64,000 nucleotides of DNA from an uncultured Erysipelotrichaceae bacterium (lineage in GTDB: Bacteria > Bacillota_I > Bacilli_A > RFN20 > CAG-826): assembly GCA_902800355.1 (NCBI GenBank), contig CADCEE010000003.1:662-64661 (forward strand), read 5' to 3'. Position 1 is the stretch's first letter. Every line of letters starts with the position of its first letter. Below are positions 47,015 to 55,720 of the stretch, piece by piece. The notes under the pieces are model-generated. The model was not told the DNA's origin. It saw only the letters and a program-made list of their open reading frames with translations, and did not search any database. A program made the translations under genes and the position numbers.

Positions 47015-47626
47015 ATGATTTTATTAACTCCTGGTCAAACTTTATATATATCTTTAGCAACAGTAGGAGTGCTATTAATCTTATTTTTATTCGCTTTTCT
47101 ATATTATAGAAATCGATATGTTAGAAAACACGCTAGAGAATTAACATATTTAAAACTTAGTAGAATATGTGAGCATAATGACTATTTATTATTAAATGAC
47201 TATCGTATTGATTTTGATGACTCTAATACAGGTCTAATTGATCACTTAGTGATTTCAAATAAATACATCATTATCATCAGTGTCTTTTCTATTTCTGGAG
47301 TGTTATCTGGAAAATTCCAAGGCGAAGAATTGGTGAATGTGAATAAAAAAGGAACTAGTATTGTTGCTAATCCAATTAATTACAACATTAACTTAACAAA
47401 AAGATTATCTTTGTTTAACGATTTAAATCATTCCTTCTTAAAAGGCTTAGTGGTCATTAATAATGACTCTGATATTAAAATTGAAGGACATAGTGACCAA
47501 TTCCAAATCGTTAAAAGAAAAGATTTAGCAAAGACTATTAAGAAATTTGATCAAGAGAATATCAAAAATCTCAATGAAGAAAGTATTGTTCGCTTTATTA
47601 ATAAATTAAACGAGGAGAATAAATAA
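47015..47626 (+). CDS. NERD domain-containing membrane-anchored protein
   Basis: N-terminal TM. NERD-like core HNDYLLLNDYRIDFDDSNTGLIDHLVISNKYIIIIS. Confidence 0.65.
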   Translation: MILLTPGQTLYISLATVGVLLILFLFAFLYYRNRYVRKHARELTYLKLSRICEHNDYLLLNDYRIDFDDSNTGLIDHLVISNKYIIIISVFSISGVLSGKFQGEELVNVNKKGTSIVANPINYNINLTKRLSLFNDLNHSFLKGLVVINNDSDIKIEGHSDQFQIVKRKDLAKTIKKFDQENIKNLNEESIVRFINKLNEENK

Positions 47627-47658
47627 AAAACAACCCTTACGAGTTGAATTAATCGTTT

Positions 47659-47732
47659 TGGAGCAGGCGACGGGAATCGGACCCGCATAACTACCTTGGC
47701 AAGGTAGTGTTCTACCACTGAACTACGCCTGC
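47659..47732 (-). tRNA. tRNA-Gly (anticodon GCC) with non-canonical T-loop TCCGATT
   Basis: Minus-strand read: GCAGGCG TA GTTC AGTGGTA GAAC A CTACC TTGCCAA GGTAG TTAT GCGGG TCCGATT CCCGT CGCCTGC T CCA. Confidence 0.82.
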
Positions 47733-47751
47733 AATTCAAAATTGCTAAATT

Positions 47752-47779
47752 ATTATAACAAAACTAGTTGATTATGCAA
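47752..47779 (-). promoter_or_regulatory. promoter of tRNA-Gly(GCC)
   Basis: On the minus strand: TTGCAT (plus coordinates 47774-47779), 16-nt spacer, TATAAT (47752-47757). Confidence 0.5.
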
Positions 47780-47818
47780 TATAATTTGTAAGAATTATTT
47801 AAAAAGGAGAAAGCTAAG

Positions 47819-49480
47819 ATGGTGTCAGATAAAGAATTAGCAGAATTAATATTCCCTGAAGTAAAAGAAAGTATTGATGATTTAGAGGCTAGATACCCAC
47901 TTCGTCAACTACAAGAGGGTGCGGAAGTTACTAGATTCGCTCCAAGCCCAACAGGATTTTTACATACTGGTAGTCTATTTACTTCGATGGTTTGTCATAA
48001 AGTCGCTGGTGACTCTAATGGAATCTTTTATGTTCGACTTGAAGATACTGACACTAAAAGAGAAATTGAAGGTAGTGGACTCCAACTATTAGAACAATTG
48101 AAACTATTTAATATTGTCCCAAATGAAGGTTATTTAGGTGACCATCAAGTAGGAAAATATGGACCATATGTTCAATCCGAAAGAGCGGACATCTATAAAG
48201 TGGTCATTAAACATTTATTAGAAGAAGGTAAAGCTTATCCTTGTTTCTGTTCACAAGAAGAACTTGATGATATTAGAGCCAAGCAAGAAAAAGCAAAAAT
48301 TATTCCAGGATATTATGGACCATTTGCGAAATATCGTTATTTAAATAACGACGAAAGAAAAGAAAGAATTTTAAAAGGTGATCCATACGTTATCCGCTTT
48401 AAATCATCTGGAAATCATATTCATAAGATCAAAGTCACTGATTTAGTGCACGGCAATTTTGAAATCGCGGAAAATGATATGGATATCGTTATCTTTAAAA
48501 GTGATGGTTTACCAACTTATCACTTCGCTCACGTTTGTGATGATCACTTTATGAGAACAACCACAGTTATCCGTGGAGAGGAGTGGATTGCAAGTTTACC
48601 AATTCACTTAGAATTATTTAAGGCCTTAGGCTGGACCGCTCCTAAATATGCCCATTTACCAGTTATTATGAAAATTGGAGAAAACGGCAATAAACGTAAA
48701 TTATCTAAAAGATTAGATAATGAAGCGGCAGTTAGCTATTTCTTAAAAGATGGTTATCCTAGCGAAGCCCTTATTATGTATTTAATGACAATCGCTAATT
48801 CTAATTTTGAAGAATGGATCTTTGAACATAAATTTGAGCATATGGAAGAATTCAAATTCTCCTTTGATAAGATGTCTTTAGAAGGCGCTTTATTTGATAT
48901 GGGTAAACTTAATTTCTTCTCTAGAGAAATTTTATCTAAGAAGTCTAAAGAAGAAATGTTAGAGATGACATTAAAATATTCTAAAGAATATGATGAAAAA
49001 CTTTATAATTTAGTGTCATCTGACCCTGAATACTTTAAAAAGATTATTAACATCGAAAGAGAAAAAGAAAATCCTAGAAAAGACTATGAGAAATTAGGTG
49101 GATTATATGACCTTATTTCCTTCTTCTATAAAGATTTATATGAAGAATATGTTAAGACTAACGGGCTTGTCTATAATGAGAAATTCTCGTTAGAACAAGT
49201 TAAAGAAGTTTTATCCGCTTTAAAAGAGTTAGACATTACTAAAGATGAACAAACTTGGTTCTCTCAAATGAAATCTATTGGCGAATCTCTTGGCTTCTCA
49301 AGTGATAGAAAAGCCTTTAAGGCTAATCCAGAAGCCTATAAAGGCATGATTGGTGATGTCGCTGAAATATTAAGAATCACCTTAACAACTAAAAAGAATT
49401 CCCCTAATTTATATTATGTGATGCAAGTCCTTGGATTAGAGGAATGCCATAGAAGAATTAATCAAGTTCTTTCTAAATAA
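47819..49480 (+). CDS. gltX: glutamate--tRNA ligase (long form)
   Basis: RFAPSPTGFLHTGS (HIGH-type) and KLSKR motifs. aaaggag RBS. Confidence 0.9.
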   Translation: MVSDKELAELIFPEVKESIDDLEARYPLRQLQEGAEVTRFAPSPTGFLHTGSLFTSMVCHKVAGDSNGIFYVRLEDTDTKREIEGSGLQLLEQLKLFNIVPNEGYLGDHQVGKYGPYVQSERADIYKVVIKHLLEEGKAYPCFCSQEELDDIRAKQEKAKIIPGYYGPFAKYRYLNNDERKERILKGDPYVIRFKSSGNHIHKIKVTDLVHGNFEIAENDMDIVIFKSDGLPTYHFAHVCDDHFMRTTTVIRGEEWIASLPIHLELFKALGWTAPKYAHLPVIMKIGENGNKRKLSKRLDNEAAVSYFLKDGYPSEALIMYLMTIANSNFEEWIFEHKFEHMEEFKFSFDKMSLEGALFDMGKLNFFSREILSKKSKEEMLEMTLKYSKEYDEKLYNLVSSDPEYFKKIINIEREKENPRKDYEKLGGLYDLISFFYKDLYEEYVKTNGLVYNEKFSLEQVKEVLSALKELDITKDEQTWFSQMKSIGESLGFSSDRKAFKANPEAYKGMIGDVAEILRITLTTKKNSPNLYYVMQVLGLEECHRRINQVLSK

Positions 49481-49510
49481 ATATAAACGGTGGTATAATT
49501 ACCACCAACT

Positions 49511-49587
49511 GGCCCAATGGAGAAGCGGCTTAACTCATTGCCCTCTCAAGGCAACATTCACGGGTTCGAATCCCGTTTGGGTCACCA
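49511..49587 (+). tRNA. tRNA-Glu (anticodon CTC)
   Basis: Acceptor GGCCCAA/TTGGGTC, anticodon loop CTCTCAA, T-arm ACGGG TTCGAAT CCCGT, CCA. Overall close to the Bacillus tRNA-Glu layout. Confidence 0.88.
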
Positions 49588-49630
49588 ACTTAAAAAAATA
49601 GGATAATACAAATATGTATTATCCTTTTTT
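49585..49630 (+). repeat. hairpin repeat R1 (tRNA-Glu 3' CCA plus terminator)
   Basis: ccaacttaaaaaaataggataatacaaatatgtattatcctttttt. The 10-bp stem aggataatac/gtattatcct plus T-run also acts as a strong intrinsic terminator (49600-49630). Confidence 0.8.
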
Positions 49631-49746
49631 CTTTGATTACATCGAAATAGAAAGAAACATCGCTCATAAATACAACATTGAAGAAAGCATATTTAGAATG
49701 AAAAAGAGAGCCTGTGATTATGACTCTCATATTATTCAAAAATAAA

Positions 49747-50028
49747 CTACAGCTTTTTGATTTCTTCTTTTATAAAGTTGATGACATCATCTTTAGGGAT
49801 TCTTTCCAACTCTCTACATATATCATCAGCTTTTTTGTCGTTGTTTTTACGCTCAATTAAGTAATCAACTGTCACGTTAAATAAATCTGCTAATTGAATA
49901 AGCTGGTTGATTTTCGGCTCATATATTCCGTTTTCCCAATTGAGTATTGTTTGACCAGAAACACCAAGTTTGCTGGCTATTTCATTTTGAGTTAGACCAC
50001 TCTTATTTCGAAGTTCTCTTAGTCTCAT
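49747..50028 (-). CDS. XRE-family HTH regulator (controller-protein-like)
   Basis: LRELRNKSGLTQNEIASKLGVSGQTILNWENG. Divergent from the MTase operon. Confidence 0.85.
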   Translation of the reverse strand: MRLRELRNKSGLTQNEIASKLGVSGQTILNWENGIYEPKINQLIQLADLFNVTVDYLIERKNNDKKADDICRELERIPKDDVINFIKEEIKKL

Positions 50029-50050
50029 TTTCTTTTCCCTCTAGAAAAAT

Positions 50051-50133
50051 AATCAAAGAAACCTTGATTTCTTTAGTAGTAAAATCAAGTTAAACTTTGT
50101 AAAATGTAATAGAAATCAAGCATACCTTGGTTT
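50051..50133. promoter_or_regulatory. divergent control region with repeated AAATCAAG/CTTGATTT half-sites
   Basis: AATCAAagaaaccTTGATT (50051-50069). AAATCAAGcataCCTTGGTTT (50113-50133). Further copies: aaaatcaagtt and atttcaaggtttt. Confidence 0.5.
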
Positions 50134-50158
50134 TTAGATTGGATTTCAAGGTTTTCTT

Positions 50159-51055
50159 ATGAAGGAAAAAGAGTTAAGGGATATTTATAAAAGCAATGGA
50201 GAATTAAAGAACAGTCCTTTTAATACTGTTTATTTTAAAAGCTCCTCAAAAATGAAGGAGATTCCATCAAATAGTGTAGATTGCATTATTACTTCGCCTC
50301 CGTATTTCAATATCAAAGACTATTTTATGGATGGCAGACAAGAAAACGTTGTCACTAATGCAAATACAAATGATGTCGGAAATATTGATTCTTTTAAGGA
50401 ATACATAAGCAGTCTTGTTCCAATCTGGAAGGAATGCTTTAGAGTTCTTAAGCCTAATGGCAAGTTGTGTATCAATGTACCTTTGATGCCGATGATTAAA
50501 AAGGATATGAACACTCATTACAACAGAGACATTTTTGACATTCAAAGTGAGATACAAAACTCTATCTTGGCAAAAACTGATTTCTATTTAATGGACTTAT
50601 ACATTTGGAATCGTAAGAATTCAACCAAAAAGCTAATGTTTGGTTCTTATCCATATCCAGCTAATTTTTACGCTCAAAATACTACCGAGTTCATTACAAT
50701 CTATGTTAAAGACGGCAAACCATTACCTGTTTCTAAAGAAGACAAAGAGAAAAGCAAGTTAACCGAAAAAGAGTGGGTCGAATACACCAAACAAATATGG
50801 GATATTGCTATACCAAACAAAAGCGATTTAGCATTCGGTATCCACTCAGCTATCATGCCTGAAGAAATTGCTAGAAGATGCATTAAATTATTCTCATTTT
50901 ATAATGGCGTAGTTTTGGATCCGTTCACTGGCAGCGGAACAACTTTAAAAGTTGCTAAAGAATTAGGAAGACAATATGTCGGCTATGAACTATATGATTC
51001 TTATGCCGAAATAATACAAAAGAAATTAGATAGTGTTGAGGTGAAAAAGAAATGA
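50159..51055 (+). CDS. DNA methyltransferase, beta-class N4/N6 (SPPY)
   Basis: Motif IV IITSPPYFN comes before motif I VLDPFTGSGTT (order IV then I, D12/N4-N6 MTase family). Confidence 0.88.
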   Translation: MKEKELRDIYKSNGELKNSPFNTVYFKSSSKMKEIPSNSVDCIITSPPYFNIKDYFMDGRQENVVTNANTNDVGNIDSFKEYISSLVPIWKECFRVLKPNGKLCINVPLMPMIKKDMNTHYNRDIFDIQSEIQNSILAKTDFYLMDLYIWNRKNSTKKLMFGSYPYPANFYAQNTTEFITIYVKDGKPLPVSKEDKEKSKLTEKEWVEYTKQIWDIAIPNKSDLAFGIHSAIMPEEIARRCIKLFSFYNGVVLDPFTGSGTTLKVAKELGRQYVGYELYDSYAEIIQKKLDSVEVKKK

Positions 51056-51831
51056 TTCACCAAGACTCTATAGACTTAATGGACGTTTTTGAATTTCTAA
51101 AAGAAGTTAAAGACAAATCAGTTGATTTAGCTATTATTGATCCGCCATATAATCTTAATCAAGGAGATTGGGATACATTTAAAAGTCATAGTGAATTCAT
51201 GAAATTCACAACCAAGTATCTTAATTTAGTGATTAATAAACTGAAGGATAATGGATCTCTCTATATTTTTAATACAGCTTTTAACTCGGCTTTTATTTTG
51301 TCTTATTTAGTCGAAGCAGGTTTGGATTATAGAAACTGGATTGTTTGGTATAAAAAAGATGGTTTCAGTGCGTGCAAAAAGAAATATGTTAATAGCCAAG
51401 AGACTATTTTATATTTTACAAAATCAAAAAAAGACTTTGTCTTTAACTGCGATGATATAAGAGAACCATATTTATCAAGCGACAGAATAGCTGCTGCTCA
51501 ATCAAAGGGCATTTTGAAAAATGGGAAGAGATGGTTTCCAAATCCTAATGGAAAACTTTGCCCTGATGTTTGGGAGTTCACGTCAGTTAGACATACAAAT
51601 AAGAAAAATGGAAAAACGGTAAAACAATCACACCCTACTCCAAAACCTGAGCCAATGATTGAAAGAATGATAAAAGCAAGTTCTAACGATGGCGACTTAG
51701 TTTTGGATCTTTTCAGTGGTACAGGAACTACCGCTTATATTGCAAAAAAACTTAATCGACATTTTATCGGTTGTGAAAACAACAATGAATACTATCGAAT
51801 CATTAAGGAGCGACTGAAAAATGGGAATTAG
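51052..51831 (+). CDS. DNA methyltransferase, beta-class N6-adenine-like (DPPY)
   Basis: AIIDPPYNL then VLDLFSGTGTT. Overlaps the upstream MTase by 4 nt. Confidence 0.88.
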   Translation: MIHQDSIDLMDVFEFLKEVKDKSVDLAIIDPPYNLNQGDWDTFKSHSEFMKFTTKYLNLVINKLKDNGSLYIFNTAFNSAFILSYLVEAGLDYRNWIVWYKKDGFSACKKKYVNSQETILYFTKSKKDFVFNCDDIREPYLSSDRIAAAQSKGILKNGKRWFPNPNGKLCPDVWEFTSVRHTNKKNGKTVKQSHPTPKPEPMIERMIKASSNDGDLVLDLFSGTGTTAYIAKKLNRHFIGCENNNEYYRIIKERLKNGN

Positions 51832-53053
51832 GGAGAATCTTGCTAAAATCGATCCAAGCAAAAAATGTCTGCGCTTTTTAGGCGAAAGAATACTTGACGT
51901 TAACTATCGAGGAATTCAACTTTCTCAACACAATAGGTATGATGTGGTTTTTATAACAACAATGCTTACTGAAATGTATAATCTCGTTGGTCGCAACAAG
52001 ATGTTTATAAGAACTTCTGATCTAAGCAAAAGGCCATATAATTACCCAGAAGAAAAAGTTTATGCACAATATGTAAATAATCTATGTGCCAAACTTGAAA
52101 GATGTACTCAGGATTCGGTGAGAAAAAACTTCTTTGTTGATTTACATAGAATGGGTTTTATCTATAGATACAATGAACATGGATACAAAATTGGACCTTT
52201 TGAGAGAAGTCAGATTAAATCTGTTTCGCTGACCCCGCTTGGAGCAGAGCTTGTGAAAAACGCAGCTGATATTTTTCAAAGAAATTTAATTTATACAAAA
52301 GCGATTGACACTTTGACAAATGGCTTAGCAGATGAATTATTGGATGTGGTTTCAATAAACGATAAGTTAACCATGACAGAATTTCAATTTTTCATGTCTT
52401 TTATTGATCAAAAACTAAATGGTCATTTGTATACAAAATCTGAATTGGTTGATTATGTATTAGAATTTAGGAGTATGAGCGGATTTCAAAGACAAGCAGT
52501 GGTGGATATTGTTGCCGAGTATTGTGATCCTAAGAAATTTGGTGGAAGCAAATTGAACAAACGTGATTTCCACAACTGGAAAAATGAAACCCAGCAAATT
52601 TTTATGCTTCTGGACCAAACTGTTTTGTTTGAATTGAGACAAGAAAAACTTGTTATTCGTTTAGGTGAGGCCAGTTTATTTGACGACGATACAAAACTCA
52701 AGAGATCACTCAAAGAAAAAGAAGAATACTTTAAAAATCACGAAGTCAAAAAACAACCAGGATTCGAATTGCACCACGTTATACCTTTATTAACTGCTAA
52801 ATCAAAAAACGAATTTGCAGTTTTGGATGTTTGGGAAAACATGGTTTACATTGATGGTTATACACACTCCAAGATTACTCATACAAATAATAAAAATACA
52901 AACCTTTCGTTCGATAATGACGACATTGTGCTTACAGATCCAGCTGGTGTTGTTGACGAGATTGATTGTGAAAAAGACACAAATGTCATTTATAACACCA
53001 AGAACAAGGCAGTGATGAAAGAATTTAATGAATCGGCACTAAATGCTATATAA
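51821..53053 (+). CDS. putative restriction endonuclease with C-terminal HNH-like motif
   Basis: Overlaps MTase 2 by 11 nt (same operon). C-terminal GFELHHVIPLL...WENMVYIDGYTHSKITH resembles a beta-beta-alpha-Me/HNH site. I do not recognise the N-terminal 300 aa. Confidence 0.5.
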   Translation: MGIRENLAKIDPSKKCLRFLGERILDVNYRGIQLSQHNRYDVVFITTMLTEMYNLVGRNKMFIRTSDLSKRPYNYPEEKVYAQYVNNLCAKLERCTQDSVRKNFFVDLHRMGFIYRYNEHGYKIGPFERSQIKSVSLTPLGAELVKNAADIFQRNLIYTKAIDTLTNGLADELLDVVSINDKLTMTEFQFFMSFIDQKLNGHLYTKSELVDYVLEFRSMSGFQRQAVVDIVAEYCDPKKFGGSKLNKRDFHNWKNETQQIFMLLDQTVLFELRQEKLVIRLGEASLFDDDTKLKRSLKEKEEYFKNHEVKKQPGFELHHVIPLLTAKSKNEFAVLDVWENMVYIDGYTHSKITHTNNKNTNLSFDNDDIVLTDPAGVVDEIDCEKDTNVIYNTKNKAVMKEFNESALNAI

Positions 53054-53073
53054 AATTGGTTGGTGTAGAATTT

Positions 53074-53159
53074 GTTCCATGAGGTGTAGAATTGTTTAAA
53101 ATCTTTACACCCTGCCAACTTAATTAAATAGGATTGATACAAAATATTTATCCTTTTTT
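53074..53159 (+). repeat. hairpin repeat R2
   Basis: 53115-53159 ccaacttaattaaataggattgatacaaaatatttatcctttttt resembles R1. 53096-53121 and 53126-53143 recur in R3. The hairpin plus T-run (53130-53159) can terminate the R-M operon. Confidence 0.7.
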
Positions 53160-53168
53160 ATTTTGTGC

Positions 53169-53199
53169 TTGACCTAGAGTTAACTCTAACTTTTACAAT
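53169..53199 (+). promoter_or_regulatory. MerR-type promoter with 19-nt spacer and perfect dyad operator
   Basis: TTGACC (53169-53174), 19-nt spacer containing TAGAGTTAACTCTA (53175-53188), TACAAT (53194-53199). Confidence 0.75.
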
Positions 53200-53219
53200 A
53201 TAAATACGAGGTGATAAAT

Positions 53220-53669
53220 ATGAGTTATTCCATATCAGAAGTTGCTAAGATGCTTAATGTCTCAACATATACGATTAGATACTACGATAAAGAAGGATTA
53301 TTTCCTTTAGTAAAAAGAGTGAACGGCATACGTGTATTTGAAGATAAGGATTTTCCGTGGCTTAGAATGCTTAACTGTTTAAAAAACTTAAATATGCCGA
53401 TTAAGAAGATAAAAGAATATGTTGATCTAGCTTTAAAAGGTGATGAAACATTAAAGGAAAGATATCAACTTATCTTAGAACAAGAAGAAATTATTAAAAA
53501 ACAAATCAAAGAACTTAAATATTACAAAAAGCAAATCGATTTTAAAAAAGCATATTACGAAAAAGCTCTAGAAGCAGGAACAGAAGAAGTGGTGAAAGAT
53601 TGGCCAAATCCAGAAGCGACTTTAGATGTCGATGAATTGCCAAAAATAATAGGAGACAAAGATGAATAG
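53220..53669 (+). CDS. MerR family transcriptional regulator
   Basis: YSISEVAKMLNVSTYTIRYYDKEGLF HTH followed by a coiled coil. ATG at 53220 follows the gaggtg RBS. Confidence 0.88.
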   Translation: MSYSISEVAKMLNVSTYTIRYYDKEGLFPLVKRVNGIRVFEDKDFPWLRMLNCLKNLNMPIKKIKEYVDLALKGDETLKERYQLILEQEEIIKKQIKELKYYKKQIDFKKAYYEKALEAGTEEVVKDWPNPEATLDVDELPKIIGDKDE

Positions 53670-54102
53670 GCTATTAAGTTTTATTTTACCGGTACTTATC
53701 CTAACTAGTTGTAATAATAAAACAAATTCACCAGAAACACCTATAGATAAGGAAATAAATATGACACTATCAATTGATAATCAAGAATTAGACGTCTACT
53801 GGGAAGATAATGACTCAGTTAATGCTATAAAAGGGATATTACCATTAACTATTAATATGCATCAATATGGCGGTTTTGAACAAACAGGTTCTATTGGTCA
53901 AAGTATTGTTAGAAACGATTCGCAAATCAATGTAGTGCCAGGAGATATCGTTTTATATAACGGTAACGCTATTTCAGTTTTTTATAATAATAGCTCTTGG
54001 TCATATACTAGACTCGGACACATTAATCTAGATAATAGTGAACTAAATGTTTTGCTAAATAAATCGTCTGTTACGTTTGTTATAAAAGGAGAAGAAAAAT
54101 GA
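53662..54102 (+). CDS. lipoprotein, cyclophilin-like fold protein
   Basis: Lipobox ILTSC. The pattern LPLTINMHQYGGFEQTG...PGDIVLYNGNAISVFY resembles cyclophilin-like domain proteins often found next to flavodoxins. Confidence 0.55.
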   Translation: MNRLLSFILPVLILTSCNNKTNSPETPIDKEINMTLSIDNQELDVYWEDNDSVNAIKGILPLTINMHQYGGFEQTGSIGQSIVRNDSQINVVPGDIVLYNGNAISVFYNNSSWSYTRLGHINLDNSELNVLLNKSSVTFVIKGEEK

Positions 54103-54635
54103 AAAAAGTATTAATTATTTCAACAAGTATTAGAAGCGGAAGCAATTCTGAATTCTTAGCCCATGAATTTGAAAAAGGGGCAAAAGAAGCGGGGCATGAT
54201 GTTGAATTTATTTCTTTAAAGGATAAACAAATTGCCTTTTGTAGAGGCTGTTTAGCGTGCCAAAAAACTCATAAGTGCATTATTAATGATGACGCGATTG
54301 AAATTGCGGATAAGATGTGTGAAAGTGAAGTTATCGTTTGGGTGTCACCAATCTATTATTATGAAATGTCTGGTCAAATGAAAACCTTGATTGACAGATG
54401 CAATTCCTTATATTCAAGAGATTATAAATTTAAAGACATTTATTTCTTAACTGTTGCCGCAGAAGATGAACAATATGTTCCTATTAAAGCAATTAATGGC
54501 TTACAAGGTTGGATTGATTGCTTTGAAGGCGTGGAGCTTAAAGACACTTTATTTATCGGCGGAATGAACGGGCTTAACGAAATCAAAAATAGTGAAAAAT
54601 TAAAACAAGTATATGAAATGGGGAGGAATATCTAA
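54099..54635 (+). CDS. flavodoxin-like NAD(P)H-dependent FMN reductase family protein
   Basis: MKKVLIISTSIRSGSNSEFLA N-terminus, CRGCLACQKTHKC, SPIYYYEMSGQMK. Confidence 0.8.
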   Translation: MKKVLIISTSIRSGSNSEFLAHEFEKGAKEAGHDVEFISLKDKQIAFCRGCLACQKTHKCIINDDAIEIADKMCESEVIVWVSPIYYYEMSGQMKTLIDRCNSLYSRDYKFKDIYFLTVAAEDEQYVPIKAINGLQGWIDCFEGVELKDTLFIGGMNGLNEIKNSEKLKQVYEMGRNI

Positions 54636-55600
54636 TGCTTAAACTAGTTAGTGAATGGGATAAAGTTTTCCCAAAAGATGAAACTATCAATCATCAAAAA
54701 GTAACCTTTAAAAATCATTTTGGCATTGAACTTGCTGCGGATATGTATTGGCCAAAAGAAGGAAATAAGTTTCCCGCAATTGCGGTATCTGGTCCTTTTG
54801 GTGCGGTTAAGGAACAATTAAGTGGACTATACGCTCAAGAGATGGCTAAAAGAGGATTCTTAACCATTGCCTTTGATCCATCTTTTACTGGTGAAAGCGG
54901 TGGGGAACCACGATATATGAATTCACCAGATATCAACGTTGAAGATTTCCAAGCTGCAGTAGATTATTTATCAAATTTAAATAATGTTGACCACGATAAA
55001 ATCTCTATCATCGGTATTTGTGGTTGGGGTGGCATGGCTATTCAAACCGCATGCATTGATACAAGAGTTAAAGCGACAGTCGCTATTACTATGTACGATA
55101 TGTCTAGAGTGACTGGCAATGGCTATTACGATGAAGGAAATAATGAAGAAAGTAGATATCAAGCAAGAGTGGCTATTAATAATCAAAGAACATTAGATTA
55201 TAAGAATGGTAATTATAAACTAGGCGGAGGAGTAGTGGACGATCCAACTGACGCTCCTTGGTTTGTTAAACAATATTATGACTACTATAAAACTCCACGC
55301 GGATATCATGTTCGTAGTTTAAATAGCAATGGTGGATGGAATGTTACTGCAAGTACTTCTTTATTGAATACAAGATTATTTACCTATGCCTCAGAGATTA
55401 GAAGTGCTGTTTTAATTGTTCATGGTGAAAAAGCCCATTCTTTATATTTTGGTCAAGATGCGTTTAAGTTATTAAAAGGCGACAATAAAGAATTTTTATT
55501 AGTCAAAGACGCTACACACTGCGACTTATATGATGGTGGCATAAATCACGATAAGATTCCTTTTGACAAGATTGAAGGATTTATTAAAAAGAATATTTAA
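54635..55600 (+). CDS. alpha/beta hydrolase, dienelactone-hydrolase-like (Cys nucleophile elbow)
   Basis: GICGWGG elbow (G-x-C-x-G-G as in DLH). C-terminal HCDLYD-type His region. Confidence 0.72.
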   Translation: MLKLVSEWDKVFPKDETINHQKVTFKNHFGIELAADMYWPKEGNKFPAIAVSGPFGAVKEQLSGLYAQEMAKRGFLTIAFDPSFTGESGGEPRYMNSPDINVEDFQAAVDYLSNLNNVDHDKISIIGICGWGGMAIQTACIDTRVKATVAITMYDMSRVTGNGYYDEGNNEESRYQARVAINNQRTLDYKNGNYKLGGGVVDDPTDAPWFVKQYYDYYKTPRGYHVRSLNSNGGWNVTASTSLLNTRLFTYASEIRSAVLIVHGEKAHSLYFGQDAFKLLKGDNKEFLLVKDATHCDLYDGGINHDKIPFDKIEGFIKKNI

Positions 55601-55614
55601 ACTAATATTTATTC

Positions 55615-55720
55615 GTTCCAAAGGTCTCAAGTCATTAAAATATTTACACCATGCCAAATTCACTTATAATACTATGTATTATAAAATAGGATTGATACAA
55701 ACGTGTCAGTCCTTTTGTTT
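55615..55720 (+). repeat. hairpin repeat R3 (bidirectional terminator)
   Basis: 55635-55660 matches R2 53096-53121 at 23/26. 55684-55701 matches R2 53126-53143 at 18/18. The insert ataatactatgtattat resembles the R1 stem. The 11-bp stem aggattgatac/gtgtcagtcct (55688-55713) is followed by ttttgtttt. Confidence 0.7.

Noticed and set aside
53096-53121. R2/R3 block ttaaaatNtttacaccNtgccaaNtt as a degraded copy of the tRNA-Glu T-arm and acceptor 3' half
   Set aside because: Only the ends (ttNNaatc and ccaactt) resemble the tRNA. The middle 12 nt do not align, so duplication of a tRNA fragment is not supported beyond the CCA-proximal bases.
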